Shown piece by piece: positions 1 to 17,483 of a DNA stretch of 64,000 nt (its first letter is position 1; every line of letters begins with the position of its first letter). The translations under genes were made by a program, and so were the position numbers. Below the pieces are notes generated by a model. The model was not told the origin of the DNA and did no database searches. It saw only the letters and a program-made list of their open reading frames with translations. The DNA is from the human T2T-CHM13v2.0 reference genome, Homo sapiens. The stretch is from assembly GCF_009914755.1 (NCBI RefSeq), contig NC_060925.1. One strand, written 5' to 3'.

Positions 1-159
1 CTACACCTAGAATCAAATTTGTGTTGATGTAAACACAATAAATGCATGTATGCTCATCAATAGCAAAGAGAAGGAATTAAACTTTTCACATCATCTTGTC
101 ACATTTTTAAAAATCATTTGACACGAATTTTCTGTGTATTCTAATACCCTCATACTCAC

Positions 160-272
160 CCTGTCACAAGTCAGACACTGCACTGAACTAATGATTGTTC
201 CATCAAATATGTCTGAAATAACACTTCTGTATTTCTTGTGCTGTTTTTTTCTCTTTGGAGATGCAGACTGAG
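160..272 (-). CDS. USP33: USP33 coding exon ((A)[37 protein letters not shown]); gene continues beyond window start
   Basis: tag| acceptor at 274-273, AGG|gtgagt donor; 113 nt, phase consistent with the upstream exon; USP-domain SVISDIFDG...QCLTC motif. Confidence 0.95.
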
Positions 273-484
273 CTAGGATTGAAAAACATTAAAAAAAAAT
301 CAAAGCAGCTCCTTTAACATTTTTCTCTGGAATCTTTTTTTGTCTTGTCAATCTTACTTGTATATGATCTCTAGAATCCTTAAACTGTAAAAATTACTGT
401 GTTGAAAATTTTCAAAATACTCTTCAAAAGAGCATAAGTATTAAAAAAATAAAAGAAACTAAGCAGACAAGGCTTAAGATATTT

Positions 485-792
485 GTTGTTTTTTTTTGTT
501 TTTTTGTTTTGAGGTGGAGTCTCGCACTGTTGCCCACACTGGAGTGCAGTGGTGCGATCTCGGCTCACTGCCAAGTTCTGCCTCCCGGGTTCATGCCATT
601 CTCCTACCTTAGCCTCCCAAGTAGCTGGGACTACAGGCGCCCACCACCACGCCCAGCTATTTTTTTGTATTTTTAGTAGAGACAGGGTTTCACCATGTTA
701 GCCAGGATGGTCTCGATCTCCTGACCTCATGATCCACCCACTTCAGCCTCCCAAAGTACTGAGATTACAGGCGTGAGCCACCGCACCCAGCC
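485..792 (-). repeat. Alu (Y-like)
   Basis: Dimeric Alu, T-tail. Confidence 0.9.
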
Positions 793-1604
793 TGTTTTTT
801 TTTTTAAAGTATAAATGATCCTTGGCCACCATAAATGTACATATGAGAAAATGAACAAAATTCTAAATTAGCACAAAACCACAAATGCTTCATCACTGGG
901 ATGTTTACTTAAATGTTTTACAAGTCAAAAGAAGAGGGGAAGAGGTTAGAAAGTGAGGGAAAGATGATGAAAGTCATCATCAAGCTAAAGATGAAATAGA
1001 AGGGGTTCGGTCTCCCTATCCTGACTTGAGAGCAATTCTGTTTTCACTTATTTGTTTTTGTCTCCAGGTAAGGCTTTATTTGAAGAAAAGATTCTATTAT
1101 TTAAAGTTTTTAAGAGTTCTTTATATATTTCTGGATACATGTCCTTTGCTAGCTATATGATTTATAAATACATCCAACCTTATCTTTCCATTCTCTGAAT
1201 GTCCTTTGTCAACAAAAATCTTTAATTTTTTTCTTTAATGGATCATGCTTTTAATGTCTTTAAGAACTCTTTGTCTAACCCAAGGCCATGAAGACTTTCT
1301 CCTATGTTTTCTTCTAAGAAAACATAATACTGGAACTCCCATATATACCTGGAAGGAATACTAAATGGTAGACACTCTGGTAAAAAGTCTGGCAGTTTAA
1401 TACAACTATAAGCATTAAACAAACATAAAACCCAGTAACCCCACTTCTAGGTATTTGTCCTAGACAAATGAAAAAATGTTCTTACAAAAACCTATACATA
1501 AATTTTAGAGCAACATTATTCATAATTGCCAAAAATTGGAAACAATTCAAAAGTCCACCAGTAGGTAAATAAACAGTGGTATACCCATAAAAAATGAGAT
1601 ATTA

Positions 1605-1921
<317 letters not shown>

Positions 1922-2450
1922 TCAGACACGCAGTAACATATCTGAATTTCAAATGCATTATCCTGAGAGGCAAACCTGTTTCAAAAGACTACATATGAAA
2001 AGATTTAAAAAAATCAAAAGACTACATACTATATGATTTCATTTATATGACATTCTAGGAAAAGGCAAAACAATAAGAAAAGAGGATCAAGGGTGCCAGA
2101 ACATAGGAATAGAGAAATGATCTGATTACAAAGTAGTACTATGCAGGAATTCTTTGGGGTGTTAGAGCTGTTCTGTATTCTGTTTGTGGTGGTGGTAACA
2201 AGAATCTATGCTGCAAGTGTTAAAATTCATAAAGCTCTATACAAGAAAAAGTGAATTCAACTGTATGTAAAATTTTAAAAGCAGAGTACCAACACACAAA
2301 ATTTTTAATCATGTCTATGTAAAATTATGCTATCAATTTTAAAAGATCAAATCATATTTCATAATTAACACTTTAAATTATCAAGTACCAAAACCATCAT
2401 TTTAAACTAAGACCCAAAGCAAAAGAGACTGAATAAGAGAAACGTTTTAC

Positions 2451-2591
2451 CTTTTTTGTGTGGTGGTGCCAATCCTGGCCACAAATTGCCTGATTTAGGA
2501 GGGCTTGCCGATAAACGTGGATTAACACCTTCATTTGATGGAAGGATCTGTGGTGTAGACAGGTCATTCGAATGGACATCAGTGATATATT
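2451..2591 (-). CDS. USP33: USP33 coding exon ((E)[10 protein letters not shown]...LAPPHKK)
   Basis: cag| acceptor, AAG|gtaaaa donor; 141 nt; matches part of ORF 2407..2613. Confidence 0.95.
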
Positions 2592-2789
2592 CTGTAAGAT
2601 TTAAAATTTGCATTATTACCTTAAATAGTAAAATTATTCTAACTGTCCAATAATGTTAAAGGTTTCTTAATTTGATATTTTGAACACAATCATATTAACA
2701 AATGTCAAGTTAAATACTTAACAAAGTGCTTACTAAGCAAAATAACAGTAATCTTCTACCCAGAAATCCAACTAATTTTTGTTTACTTG

Positions 2790-3078
2790 TTTTTTTGAGA
2801 CAGAGTCTCCCTCTGTCCCCCAGGCTGCAGTGCAGAGGTGCGATCTCAGCTCACTGCAACCTCCGCATCCTGGATTCAAGCGATTCTTCTGCCTCAGCCT
2901 CCCAAGTAGCTGAGATTACAGGCATGTGCCACCAGGCCCACCTCATTTTTGTATTTTTAGTAGAGATGGGGTTTCACCATTTTGGCCAGGCTGGTCTCAA
3001 AGTCCTGGCCTCAAGTGATCCACCCACTTTGGCCTCCCAAAGTGTTGGGATTATAGGCATGAACCACCGTGCCCAATC
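2790..3078 (-). repeat. AluS
   Basis: Alu consensus match. Confidence 0.88.
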
Positions 3079-3193
3079 CCAACTAATGTTTATAACACAC
3101 GACTATTACAGGCAGTTTAGGAAGTGAGCAGTGGAAATACAAAGCCAAAGAGGATCTTGTTTGTCCAAATATAGCATTAAAAAAAAAAAAAGA

Positions 3194-3510
<317 letters not shown>

Positions 3511-5123
3511 TTAGAAGTTCTAAAACCATGTGAAAGAAAAATCGATTATTCTCCCAAACTAACATAATAATCAAAATCAAGAAATGTAGGTATAAAGTAA
3601 TCATAAGTTATTTTATCTTACTATAATAAAAAATACACCACTTCATCAGGAAAGAATCTTTTTTTAGAATTAAATTATAAGATGAATCAAGAAAATATAA
3701 GAGCTACCTTGATTGTTTGCTTTGGATTCCTAGTGCCTAACATATTCCAGGGCAAGGGAATGTGCTCAGTAACTATTTGAGTGAAGAAAAGAGAATTGTT
3801 CGTAAGAGATCTGGAAAGGGGATGTACTCAGAAATTTTTCCAGATAATGCAAAATCATTTTTCACACAGGCATTTCTCAATATTTCAATCATGACTAAAT
3901 CAGACTGCATAATATTGGGAGTGAAAAAACAACTCACTCTAGGACTTTCTGAAGGGAATAAAGTTAATGAGATTTAGATGGGGAGTTGGCAATTTTTTCC
4001 TCTAACGGACCAGAGATGAAGTGTTTTAGGTTTGTGTGCCTTACAGACTTCGCCAGATTTTTTTCATCAAGCCCTTAAAACACCTAAAAGCTCAGACTCC
4101 TGATTTAGGTCATCCCCTTGTTACTATGTGTAAGAACAAACCTGTTACAGAGCAATCAAAGATGAGTATGTCCCTAATCAGGCTTAACTGGGCTTTTGAC
4201 AAGAAAAGCCTGGACAGCAGTCAAAGCTAAGTCTTTCAATACTGATACCTGACATATTTATTCACTAACAACTTCTACACAAGATCAGTATAATTAAGGA
4301 GCCTAACACTCCTAGTCTTCCCGATTAGAAAGCATCTGTGCACTTTACCCAAGTGAACCACAAGTCTTCCTATAGTTAATAATATTTTCAAGAAGAAATT
4401 TTGGATTCATTCAAATACCTAAATAAATTGCTTAGTTACTCTCACTCTTCAGTAATTACAGAAAATAAACTTTTTTACATTACATGTCTGCCACTTATTT
4501 TAAGATCACATAATTTGAACCTCTAATGGCCCAATTTTGTGTGCTTTGGAAAACTACATACCACATTTTAAGCCAAGATAAGTTAACTCTTGAAGAGATA
4601 AATTACAAAGCAATTCAACTTTCATTTGGCCACATGCTCTTTCTCAAAGGAACACTGACTAGTATCATGGCATAATCTATCACAGCAGGGCTCACTATAG
4701 TTAATTCAACTTCTACACTAAAACACATCTGATGTGACTCCAATGACAACAATCTAAATCTACTAGTGTATATAATTAGAAAATTGCAATTTGGGTTATT
4801 TGCTTTTTTCCAGGATCGCAACATAATTTGCTTAAAATAAAAGAGAAAATTCTGGGGAGCCCAATTTTTTAGATTACTGCATGACTACACAAAAGACATC
4901 TGATGAAATGTTTACTTCAAAAGGAGGATTAATTTCTTATATAATTAAATGACCCAAAAAATTCCTTTTATCCTCGGGTTCTATAATTTTATGACTAATA
5001 CTCACATGCAAATACTGCTAAACTATAATTCTAATTAGAAATACCCAAAGTAACAATTATTTAAACACCCATGTCTACAAATGAAATACTATCATTTTCA
5101 TGAACAAACTACTAAATTGTCAC

Positions 5124-5541
5124 CTGAAGCTCTGCTGTGTATTTGCACTTTGACAGTTTCCTGGTTGTTTAAGTCGACTGTTTCAGATATAGAGTCTCTA
5201 TCTTTATCAAATTCGCCTTCAGAATTTACTTTATTAATCTTATTGCACATCTTCTCTTTTTGCCAATCCTTTGACATTTCTGAATTGTTTTCATCATCCT
5301 GAATTAACATTGTTGTTTCATTATTATCTTCAGAAAAGCATCTAGAGCCATTTTCATTTTCTGCTCTATCACTGTTGCTACAAGATTCACAAGACTGAAA
5401 ATCTACATCCGACTGGCTCTTGTCTTCTTCCATTGTCTCCTCAGTGGTTATGGTTTGCGGATCTTCTTCTACTTCCATGACTTGCTCTTTCAATTCTTCA
5501 TGAAGCAAATCCATTAAACATCGAAGGAATTCTTGAGCATC
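5124..5541 (-). CDS. USP33: USP33 coding exon ([17 protein letters not shown]...HSRAS), includes acidic insertion
   Basis: tag| acceptor, CAG|gtgaca donor; 418 nt; completes the USP QQDAQEF motif with the previous exon. Confidence 0.96.
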
Positions 5542-5737
5542 CTAATATATCAGCAACATAATGTTAACCACTTCATTACATGTGTATATAGAAACGTAAG
5601 GGAAAATATACAAAATGTCATTACAAACTTATATATGAAGGTACAGCACTATATTGAGCAAATACCAGTTTGGAGAGCATAAGGCACTAGATAAATGAGA
5701 TGCATTAACTTCCAAAAAGTTATGTAAATAAAAGTTT

Positions 5738-6034
5738 TCTTTTTTTGAGATGGGGTCTCATTCTGTTGTCCAAGCTGGAGTGTTGTGGCATGACCACAGC
5801 TCACTGTAGCCTCGATCCCCCAGGCTCAAGCAATTCTCCCACCTCAGTCTCCTAAGTAGCTGGGACCAGATGCACGTGCCACCACACCTGGTTGATACAT
5901 ATTTCTAAATTATTTTTAGAAATGAGGTCTCCCTATGTTACCCAGGCTGGTCTCAAGCTCCTGGGCTTAAGCAATCCGCCTACCTCGGCCTTCTGAAGTG
6001 CTGGGATTACAGGCATGAGCCATCACGCCCAGCC
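5738..6034 (-). repeat. AluJ
   Basis: Alu consensus match. Confidence 0.88.
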
Positions 6035-6080
6035 AGATAAAAATTTTAAAAAACTAAAGATGATCTGAAGATCAACTTCC

Positions 6081-6651
<571 letters not shown>

Positions 6652-6688
6652 TTAGATTAAAATTACAAATGAAAAGCAATAAACTAAC

Positions 6689-6767
6689 CTGCTGAGAATA
6701 CCCCCGAAATGTTGGATTTACAGTTTTAATTCCTTGAAACAGAGTAGTAGGCACAACAGATCCTGGC
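6689..6767 (-). CDS. USP33: USP33 coding exon ((R)[26 protein letters not shown])
   Basis: cag| acceptor, CAG|gttagt donor; 79 nt; FRGYSQQ motif. Confidence 0.96.
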
Positions 6768-7446
6768 CTGAGCAAGAAAACATTTTTAAAGAGCAATTTT
6801 TGTTATTTTTAATTTTCATTTTAAAAATTAACTACCAATAATTCAAAGTGTTAAATAAATTGAAAAGTATGTTTCAAAAAAATCATTCAAAACTGCCTAA
6901 TATTATGTTTCACAGGCACATCAGAACACCTTATCCTTGATATTTTAAGTGATATTTTACTGCTATCCTCCCTCAATTAAATGATTATGCTTCACCCCAT
7001 GACTTTTCAAAAATGCAAGTTTCCTGAATAGTTCTAAAACAAAATTATTAACATATTACAGCAAACTATGATCCTAATGCTAAACTTTAGAACAAATAAA
7101 CATAAGCAGGAAAATATTCATATAGTATTTAGGGTCTGATTTTATCATTGTGAGAATGGCTGCTCCTGAATGCAAAACTCTAAAGTTCCAGTAATAGCAG
7201 CTTTAACATTCCAACACTATATACTATATCCAAATACTTGTAGACTTCTATGACACCTTCATCTGCTTCTAAACTTCTATGACACCTTACATTCAGCTTC
7301 AAATGTAACATGCCTGAAACAAAGCTGTCTCTAATCTATCTCTCTTCTACTTTTTTCCGGCTCCATAAATGGACCTGCAACCTTTAAATATTTATAATAT
7401 TCATTTAAAAGTTTAATAAAGAAGAAGAGTATATTAAGTTACATAC

Positions 7447-7560
7447 CTGCTTTTATGCCACAGCTCTGTCATTAGTTTGAGATAACTTTTACAAATGGCA
7501 GGTTTCTTATCTGTTCGAGCTAGTCCTCCACAATCAAGAAAAAACTGTGTCAAAGGTGGG
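7447..7560 (-). CDS. USP33: USP33 coding exon ((C)[12 protein letters not shown]...ELWHKS)
   Basis: ttag| acceptor, CAG|gtatgt donor; 114 nt; in phase with neighbours. Confidence 0.95.
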
Positions 7561-8650
7561 CTAATTTTAAAAAGAGAAAAATGTTAGAGTGGAGTCAAAG
7601 CTAATACTGATTATTTCTAGTCATTCAATTAACTGACAACACATACATTCCTTTAGCCGTTATTTCTTTCTTTGATCCCTCTTACAGCTTCACTTTCATT
7701 CCTTCATAAAGAGCTCAATCCATTCAAATCAGATTTGGCCCCAGCATATCAAGAGTCCTCCATGCTGCCAGATACACTTTTCAGTCCCCACTCAGTAACA
7801 TTTGCCACAGACAACTATGCCCTCACTCTTGAACAAACATTCTCAGGACTATTGTAATGCATTTTCCTACTTTTCCTCTTTAGCTCTTGAAACTCCTTTT
7901 CCCTCTCTATTGCTCTTTTTGGCCTCAGACATGTAAACGTAAGGATTCCTCGGGACTTGATCCTATGACATTTCCCTATATACTTTTTTCCCCTGGGCGA
8001 TCTAAAATTTTCAACCATATTCCAATGATGGTCAAATTTATATAAAGTCAACCATGTCATCTAAATTTCAGATTTATATGAAATGCCCAAACTAAACAGG
8101 ATAAAAATTTAACTTTCAAGTGAACCTGCACTTCCTCCAGCCTTCTACATTCCATCATTTGGTATTAATATTTGTTGGTGGCTCAAGTTAGCAATTTATA
8201 AGGAAGTATAGTCTGTCTGTCGTGAGTTTGATTAGCTTGAGGGAATCTCCATAAATCTATTTATAGGAAACTGATTAGGCAAAGGACCAAATCCTGACCT
8301 ACATAAACCAAACCTCCTATGAAGGCAGTTAGATAACTACTAAGTCATCTCTTTGCCAAGTGTAATCTTTTTTTTTTTTTTGGTAGAGACAGGGTCTTGT
8401 TATGTTGCCCATGCTGGTTCCAGAACTCCTAGGCTCCTCAAGCAATCCTCCCACCTTAGCCTCCCAAAGTGCTACAGGCATGAGCCACCACACCCAGCCA
8501 CCAATAGTGTAATCGTATCAGCCACATCTTTTTCAATGAAATCAGAGGAATTACAAAGTAAATCGGTGGAAGCAGTATTGTGCAGTAATAAACAAAACAT
8601 CTACAAAAACAAACATACACGTAAAAATCTCAGACTCAGAATTTTGTCCC

Positions 8651-8955
8651 TGCCAGGCATGGTTGGTCATGCCTGTAATTCCAATACTTTGGGAGGCCAA
8701 GGCAGGACATGACTCAAGGACAGGAGTTCAAGACCAGCCTGGGCAACATAGCGAAAACCCATCTCTACAAAAATTTTAAAACATTATCTGGGAGCACTGG
8801 CATGCACCTGTGGTCGTAGCTACTTGGCAGGCTGAGGCAGGAAGAACCCTTGAACCCAGGAGTTCAAGGCTTCAGTGAGCCATGATCGCTCCACTACACT
8901 CCAGCCTGGGTGACAGAGTAAGACCCTGTCTCTAACTTAAAAAAAAAAAAAAAAA
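8651..8955 (+). repeat. AluJ (partial minus-strand monomer also at ~8366-8499)
   Basis: Alu consensus match. Confidence 0.85.
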
Positions 8956-9547
8956 CCAGAATTCTGCTAGTACTTACTAGCTGGTTATATCGGCAAAGTT
9001 ATTTAAACTTCTGTGTCTGGTTTTCTTATCTGTATAAAAATAACAATAGTATCAACCTACAGTTCTCTTATCACAGGTTTGTACTGTTAAACTTTGAATC
9101 TCCTCTCCCTTTCTCTAGTTACTCTACCCACATCCTATCAATCAATCATCCTCCTAAAAGTGTTTATCTCCAATTCCTTCACTCTTTTCCTACCACCCTA
9201 GATGATGTAAACTACCACTACTTCTTGCCTAAATCATTATCATAGTCTCCTAGCTGGTCTTTCAAATTCCACTCTCTTCCCCCTCCAATTCACTGTCCAC
9301 ATAGCAACCACAGTAATATTTTAAAAATATAAGAGAGATTATTAGCTACCCTACTACACAAACACTTCAATGGTATCGTACTACTATGAGAATAAAGACC
9401 TACATCTTTAATGTGGTCTACATAACCTAGACCCATGTCATTCAGCCCTATGATTACTGTACCCCGTCACACAGATTTTCTTCCAGTTCCTCAAATGTGT
9501 CAAGCTCTTTCCCATCCCAAGGCTGCTTACAAGGAGCATTCTGCTAG

Positions 9548-9921
<374 letters not shown>

Positions 9922-9939
9922 TAAATGTCTCTTCTTTAA

Positions 9940-10243
9940 CGTCCGAGCACAGTGGCCCATGCCTATAATCCCAGCACTTTGGGAGGCTGAGGCATGCGAA
10001 TCACTTGAACCCAGGAGTTGAAAACCAGCCTAGGCAACAAGGTGAAACCCCATCTCTACAAAAAATTTAAAAATTAGTCAGGTTTGGTGGCATGTGCCTG
10101 TAGTCTCAGCTACTCAGGAGGCTGAAGCAGGAGGATCACACAAACCCGGGAGGCAGAGCTGCAGTGAGCCAAAATCGTGCCACTGCACTCTAACCTGGGC
10201 AACAGAGTGAGACCCAGCCTAAAAAAAAAAAAAGAAAAAAAAA
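9940..10243 (+). repeat. AluJ
   Basis: Alu consensus match, A-tail. Confidence 0.88.
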
Positions 10244-10392
10244 GTCTCTTCTTCAAAGATGTGTTCTCTGATCACTTAATAAAAATTAGGTTATCTTTAT
10301 TTCACAAGGTTATGAAACATAAGAAAACTGAAGGCAAAATATTTATGGAGGGTTATGTCTAAATAAAAATTAGATTATTTGGGGAAGAAGTA

Positions 10393-10624
10393 CAGCTTTA
10401 ATATCCCTAATACAAAATACAAAATTCAAAATGCTCCAAAATCCAAAACTTTTTGAATGCCAACACGATATCCAAAGGAAATGCTCATTGGAGCATTTCA
10501 AATATTGGATTTTTGGATAAGGAAAGCTCAACCAGTAAGCATAATGCAAATAAATACTCCAAAATCCAAAAAAATCTGAAACACTTCTGATTCCCAGCAT
10601 TTCATATGAGGGATACTCAACCTG
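10393..10624 (+). mobile_element. Tigger4a/MER46-type TcMar MITE
   Basis: aaaatgctccaaaatcc..gggatactcaacctg terminus, TA flanks. Confidence 0.75.
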
Positions 10625-11174
10625 TAGACATACGTTCAATCTCCAATCACTGCTCTATAATTTAATCCAAGGGAAAGGGTAATGTCAAAGTCATTGATTT
10701 CTGAATTTTGGTCCAGACTCAATGCATCTAATTTCAAGGGTAATATCACCTGACTCAATGCATCCAAACTTGAGTAAAACCACCTGACATATCTATTTTG
10801 TAAGACTACGATTAAAAAAAAAATCTAACTCCTTTATTAAAGGCTTTCCATCTACAGAAAAATATAAAATATTTTCATAAGATCTCTGAATTAAAAGTGA
10901 TCTGAATAATTAGCTGACACTCATTTTCTAGATGTAAGAAACAATAACTTGCTCAAAGACACACAACTACCCAGGGTTTACACAAGGACCAGCAGCCTCA
11001 AGAAACTACGGGTATACATAGAGTAACATCGTTGGGACAAGAATGGGTTATGTCCCAAACCAGATTCTTGCCTGTTCTACCTTGAGTTAGTCAACTACTA
11101 TAGTTGCAAGGTTTTCTGCTCAAAAAATAACTTAAAAAATTATACAAATAAAACAAAATTAATTTCTCTATTTA

Positions 11175-11270
<96 letters not shown>

Positions 11271-11670
11271 TCATCATTCAATAATGCAAAATGACTCAAT
11301 TTTAGGGGTCATTAATATGGTTCCCAAATTACATTAAGGACCACGGAAATACAATATAGCAACTTGAACAATTCAGAGAGGTCACACTTTGGGAAGCCTT
11401 ACAATCACCAAAATTTTGAGTTTTACATAAATTCAAGGATTAAACAGTTCAAACTTTGAAATTTGCACAGGAAGAACAGTCTTTCCTATTAACATTTAAG
11501 ACTACGTGTTTTTAAAAAGCATTAATTGAGACTTTTACATTTCTTATTATAACTAAAGTTTAATTATTTTGAGAAAATTAATGACAATGCAAAAAAACTC
11601 GTCATGATAAATGATAAGCAAACACCCTTTTCCTTTCCATTTCAACGTATTGCACTGAAAGTAGTATTTA

Positions 11671-11980
<310 letters not shown>

Positions 11981-11981
11981 T

Positions 11982-12051
11982 TATTAGGTTGAACCATAGG
12001 AAACTGCTGACAATCTACAAAAATGGCAATTTCATATGGTTCAAGCTAATA
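11982..12051. mobile_element. MADE2 mariner MITE (palindromic)
   Basis: tattaggttgaaccatag..catatggttcaagctaata terminal inverted repeats. Confidence 0.75.
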
Positions 12052-12884
12052 TTAAAACGAGCCATTGAATGACTGTTATCTCTTCCATATATAGTCAAGT
12101 TCACTTTCATCAGTTTACTTTCATTATTAAAAGATGAAATAAATACTACAAAAAATTATAAATGCTATTTGGATTTGGAGCAAAATGAAGAAAATTTAAA
12201 ATTCTAAAAATCTCTAAAACAAGACTGAATTACCACTTATTGATAAGTATCCAGTAAAATTAATAGTGTGAGCTAAATTAATGGGTTAAAACTGGGAAAT
12301 ACATAAAATATTTATAACTTATCTCTAGTCATGTTAAGCTTAAACCAAAGTGTTAATTTCCAGATAATTATCTAAATATACATTCAATGTACCACTAGTA
12401 TCAATTATAAAACAGAAAATTTTAAGCTTATACTAAGAACAGTGGGCCTAAAAGAATATGAAAAATCCAAATAGACCGGTTCTCAATTTAGGGGAAGAAG
12501 GGAGAAGTGTATCACCTGATTCTTTTTCCAAATGTTTTCCCCGGAACTTCTGCTAAGGGAATACCTTTATACCTAATACCTCCCCATCACTGACAATAGA
12601 AAAATGAGAAACACTGTTCAAACAGACCTCAAAAGGCAAGTTAAACAAAAAGATCATAAGGCTCAACTGCAAAAGAGTAAGTAGGATCCTACCTTTGGTA
12701 AACTGACACCAGAGAAACCAAAAGTTTGTTTTGCAAATAAAATTTTACTAGGCCAAATTTCAGAGTCCTTTTGTTTTAATTATCAAGCCCATTTTACCTC
12801 CACATTTTGAAACTTTTACATTATATGGTTTTCTAAAGAAATGGGCAGTGCCATACAAAGAAGCGTTACACAGGATTAATTTAC

Positions 12885-12987
12885 CTCTGGCCCTAAGTTC
12901 ATCTTCTTCATCCGCTTCTATATCCAGATCATCAAATACGGCAACCAGAGGAGTTTTTAATGTTGTATTACTGGGTATTTTAAAATC
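12885..12987 (-). CDS. USP33: USP33 coding exon ([34 protein letters not shown])
   Basis: aag| acceptor after T-tract, AG|gtaaat donor; 103 nt; part of ORF 12760..13065. Confidence 0.95.
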
Positions 12988-13397
12988 CTTGATAACAAAA
13001 AAAGATAGCACACTTGAACAAATCCTTAAATTTAAAAAAAGTTTTAATTGTAACTTATATAACATCTATACCATAAAAATTATTGAGATGTTATTTTAAT
13101 AGTGGAACCATAAGAATTTGTGGTATTAGCAATTAAACTTACATTTATATTTTGAAGGAAATAAAACCCTAGGGTAATAGCATGTCAGTCCCGCTTTATT
13201 AACATATATATTTGAGTTAAAAAGGCACTTTTTACAACCGAATTTTCTGAATTAAAACTCCACAATAACTGCAATTATGTGACAGTAAACCATAGCTAAA
13301 AAGATCTCCGAAGGATACTATCCTACACTGTCTTCTCAGATCTCATTTTCAACAGGGAAAAAGGCAAAAGTTTTTCATCATAACACATTATCTATAG

Positions 13398-13737
<340 letters not shown>

Positions 13738-15244
13738 GCACACTTTTACGTATATTAAATAGTTCAAGCACTTACTTTAAATAATAATATTCTAATATTA
13801 ATTTCCAACAATTGGCTTGACTCAGAGGTTGCAACTGATAACCTGTTAGCCAAATGCTAGTAAACACTTTAAAAAAAAAAACGAAAAAAACTTTGAGCTA
13901 AAGTTTAAAAAATTCGGAGACGACAAATAAAAATCAAAATTTGAAAGTTCTCTTGTAATATCAGAAGATTGAACTACAATGAACCAACATTCAGCAACAC
14001 CCAAACAGAGAAGGAAACTGAATAGCAGAAAGAATTTAGCATGTACTCTGGTTCTCCAAGTTATTATAGCCTTACTTTACCTCTAAAATGCAGGCATATG
14101 CACTAATTCCCAACGATTTTACTTTCCTGACATCTGTAGAGACTGGACATTTGAGTGGACTTCATACTTTCATTTTGTTTTCATAAAGTAATTGCTTTTA
14201 AAAAGATACATGCTCACTACAAAATATCTAAATACACAGAAGTACAGAGGCTTAAATCACCTGAAATTTTACTATCTAGAAAAAATGTCTATTTGAAAAA
14301 TCTTATTAATATTTGCATGGCCTCCAATATTTTACTATTTTGCAAATATCCTGTGGTAAACTGGATTTCAACAGCATATAAGTTTTGGACCACTAAAGAA
14401 ATCTATCTGAACCACTGTTTTCTTCTGAATAATTTCTTCAACAATGGGATCATAAGGAAGTTGAATGAAATTAAGTTTATGCCTTTTATGTGTTAACATA
14501 TTTACAAGTCATCAGAAAATTATTAACAAGCCATCAGGAAAGTATCAGTATACTTATTCTATCAGATTCAACATTTATTAAAGTTTGTAATCTTGATCTT
14601 TTCTGGCAGAAATGGCAACAGATAGCTTATTTAACTTACTTCTCTAGTAAGTGATGCTGATAGTTTTGCCTTTATATATTATTAGTTCCTTGTGTGATTA
14701 AACTTTAGTCATAACATTACACTTTTTTCTTTTTTAAAACTTTTTCTACTTATTACCATTCAGCTATCTTCAGTGGGACAAACTTTTGTTAATAATGTAA
14801 GAGGATTCAACGAAACGGCCATTTTCATACTATCTGGACTTTTGAAAAAGACTAAACATGTTTGTGAATGATAAATAGGTATAAGTGGGAGAAACAGTAA
14901 TGGTTATAATTAACTAGAGCCATTCAACTGAGAAACTGAAAATGCAAGAAATTATTCTTTGACTAAAATCTAGCCATCTTTCATGTGTAAGGCAAGCAAA
15001 TTTATTATCACAAATATCTACCATAAGAATGTGATACAAACATACAACAGAAAAACCTGACAGTTGGTATCAATGAACAAGTACAGAAATATGTGATTTC
15101 TATAACACACATGAGGAAAAAAACTTGCTGTTAATCAAATCTGATCAAATTCTGATCAACTGATGATCTGATTAAGAAGCCAACTATTCTAAGTTAATTT
15201 CCTTTTTCCTATTTTTCTATGACTTTAAGAATTCTGAAAATTAA

Positions 15245-15608
<364 letters not shown>

Positions 15609-16093
15609 CAAAGGGAGAAAAATCTTTAACCCAAAGACTGATGCTAAGCTTTATTATATTCTACTTTGTTGTCAATAATAAGTAAAATGTTCACAGTAAT
15701 ACAAAGGGGATGGAGGGGAGGAGAGAACGGGGAAGAGAGCTGAATTAGTAACTGCCATATGCTATCAAAGAAGGCCCACCACCTTTCTTGAAATCAGACT
15801 TACCAGAAAAAGATAAAGACTACTTGAGTCATTTAAAAAAAAAAACTTCAAAAATTCATTAGGGCCTTTTCCATCTTCAAACAGGTGGGCTTCAATCTCA
15901 CCCTAATCTAGCACTCTAAGCAACACAAGAAAGGGGAGTCTGAGTGCTTTATTTGAGAGAAAAAAGGCACATTACAGAAATTTTCAAAGTACAGGTTAGG
16001 CAGTATTCCTTTTGAAAATTTCAGCTACATGACAAATTCTGAAATTATTACCGGAATGTTTTACAGCTTAACTAAGTGGATCTAGATTATTAC

Positions 16094-16246
16094 CTGGACA
16101 CTGTTTTCTTGTATTTGGTGAGGTTGTCTTACATGAGGCAATGAAGGCTGAGTTCCTAATTTCCTATCCAAAAATACTTCTTTGCTGCAAGCATAACACC
16201 ATACTCGAAGAGTGGTAAGGTTCACAGTTAGATAATGCTTTGTCTC
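16094..16246 (-). CDS. USP33: USP33 coding exon ([20 protein letters not shown]...ENSVQ), ZnF-UBP C-terminal part
   Basis: tag| acceptor, CAG|gtaata donor; 153 nt; H..VWCYAC zinc-finger motif. Confidence 0.96.
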
Positions 16247-17091
16247 CTATATAATTTCACAGTAGAGGGAAAAGAGGAACCAAAATTACATATACTTGAA
16301 AAGACTTCTTCAAAAGATAACAGAAGATAAACTGCTTGCCTTTGATGAGTAACAATATACTCAAAAGCTAATTTAGAACATGAAAAAAATTCTTTAGATA
16401 AACTTCTAAGGTATAATAAACAGTAACAACATCTAAGCCTACTCTAGAAATTACTCTGCCATTCTCCCCTCACTATTCATTATACAAAAAGATAAACGCA
16501 AGAGTGTAAGACCTTGCTTTGCAGTCTACAAATAAATATAACACAAGAAAATAATTAACAATAGCAAGTAACTATTCTAAGAAATCAGAATGGCAAAAGA
16601 ACACAAATGACATGAGTCAAGGCATAAAACAGCTCTAGCAATACAGAATATATAATCTTGGAAAGATAAAAGTCTAGCCTTTCACAACCAGAGTTCTGCT
16701 ACAGAATTAAGCCCTACAAAAAATGATCTGAGTGACTAATTTATCAATTCTCCCAATGGTGGTACACAGCAAATACCATCTTAGATGCACAGAAAGAGGC
16801 AAATGATATACAATGATGACTCAGAGCTTGGGTATTCAGGCTTAATTAATTCTATAGAGGAATCCTGGTTGAGAACAGTTGATGCTGTAGAGGTATCAAT
16901 GTGCATCTTAAAACAAAGTCATTCGAGAAACTTTCCATTTAGAATGGGAGCTCTACATAACACTATAGAAGAGGCATGCCAGAGTTACATGGGAAGTACC
17001 AAACAACCAGAGCAAAGCAGAAAGGTGAGTCCAGTTAGGACTATGTGCAGGAAAAGGCAATATGACATGAGCTGAGACTTAAAGAAGTTAG

Positions 17092-17483
<392 letters not shown>

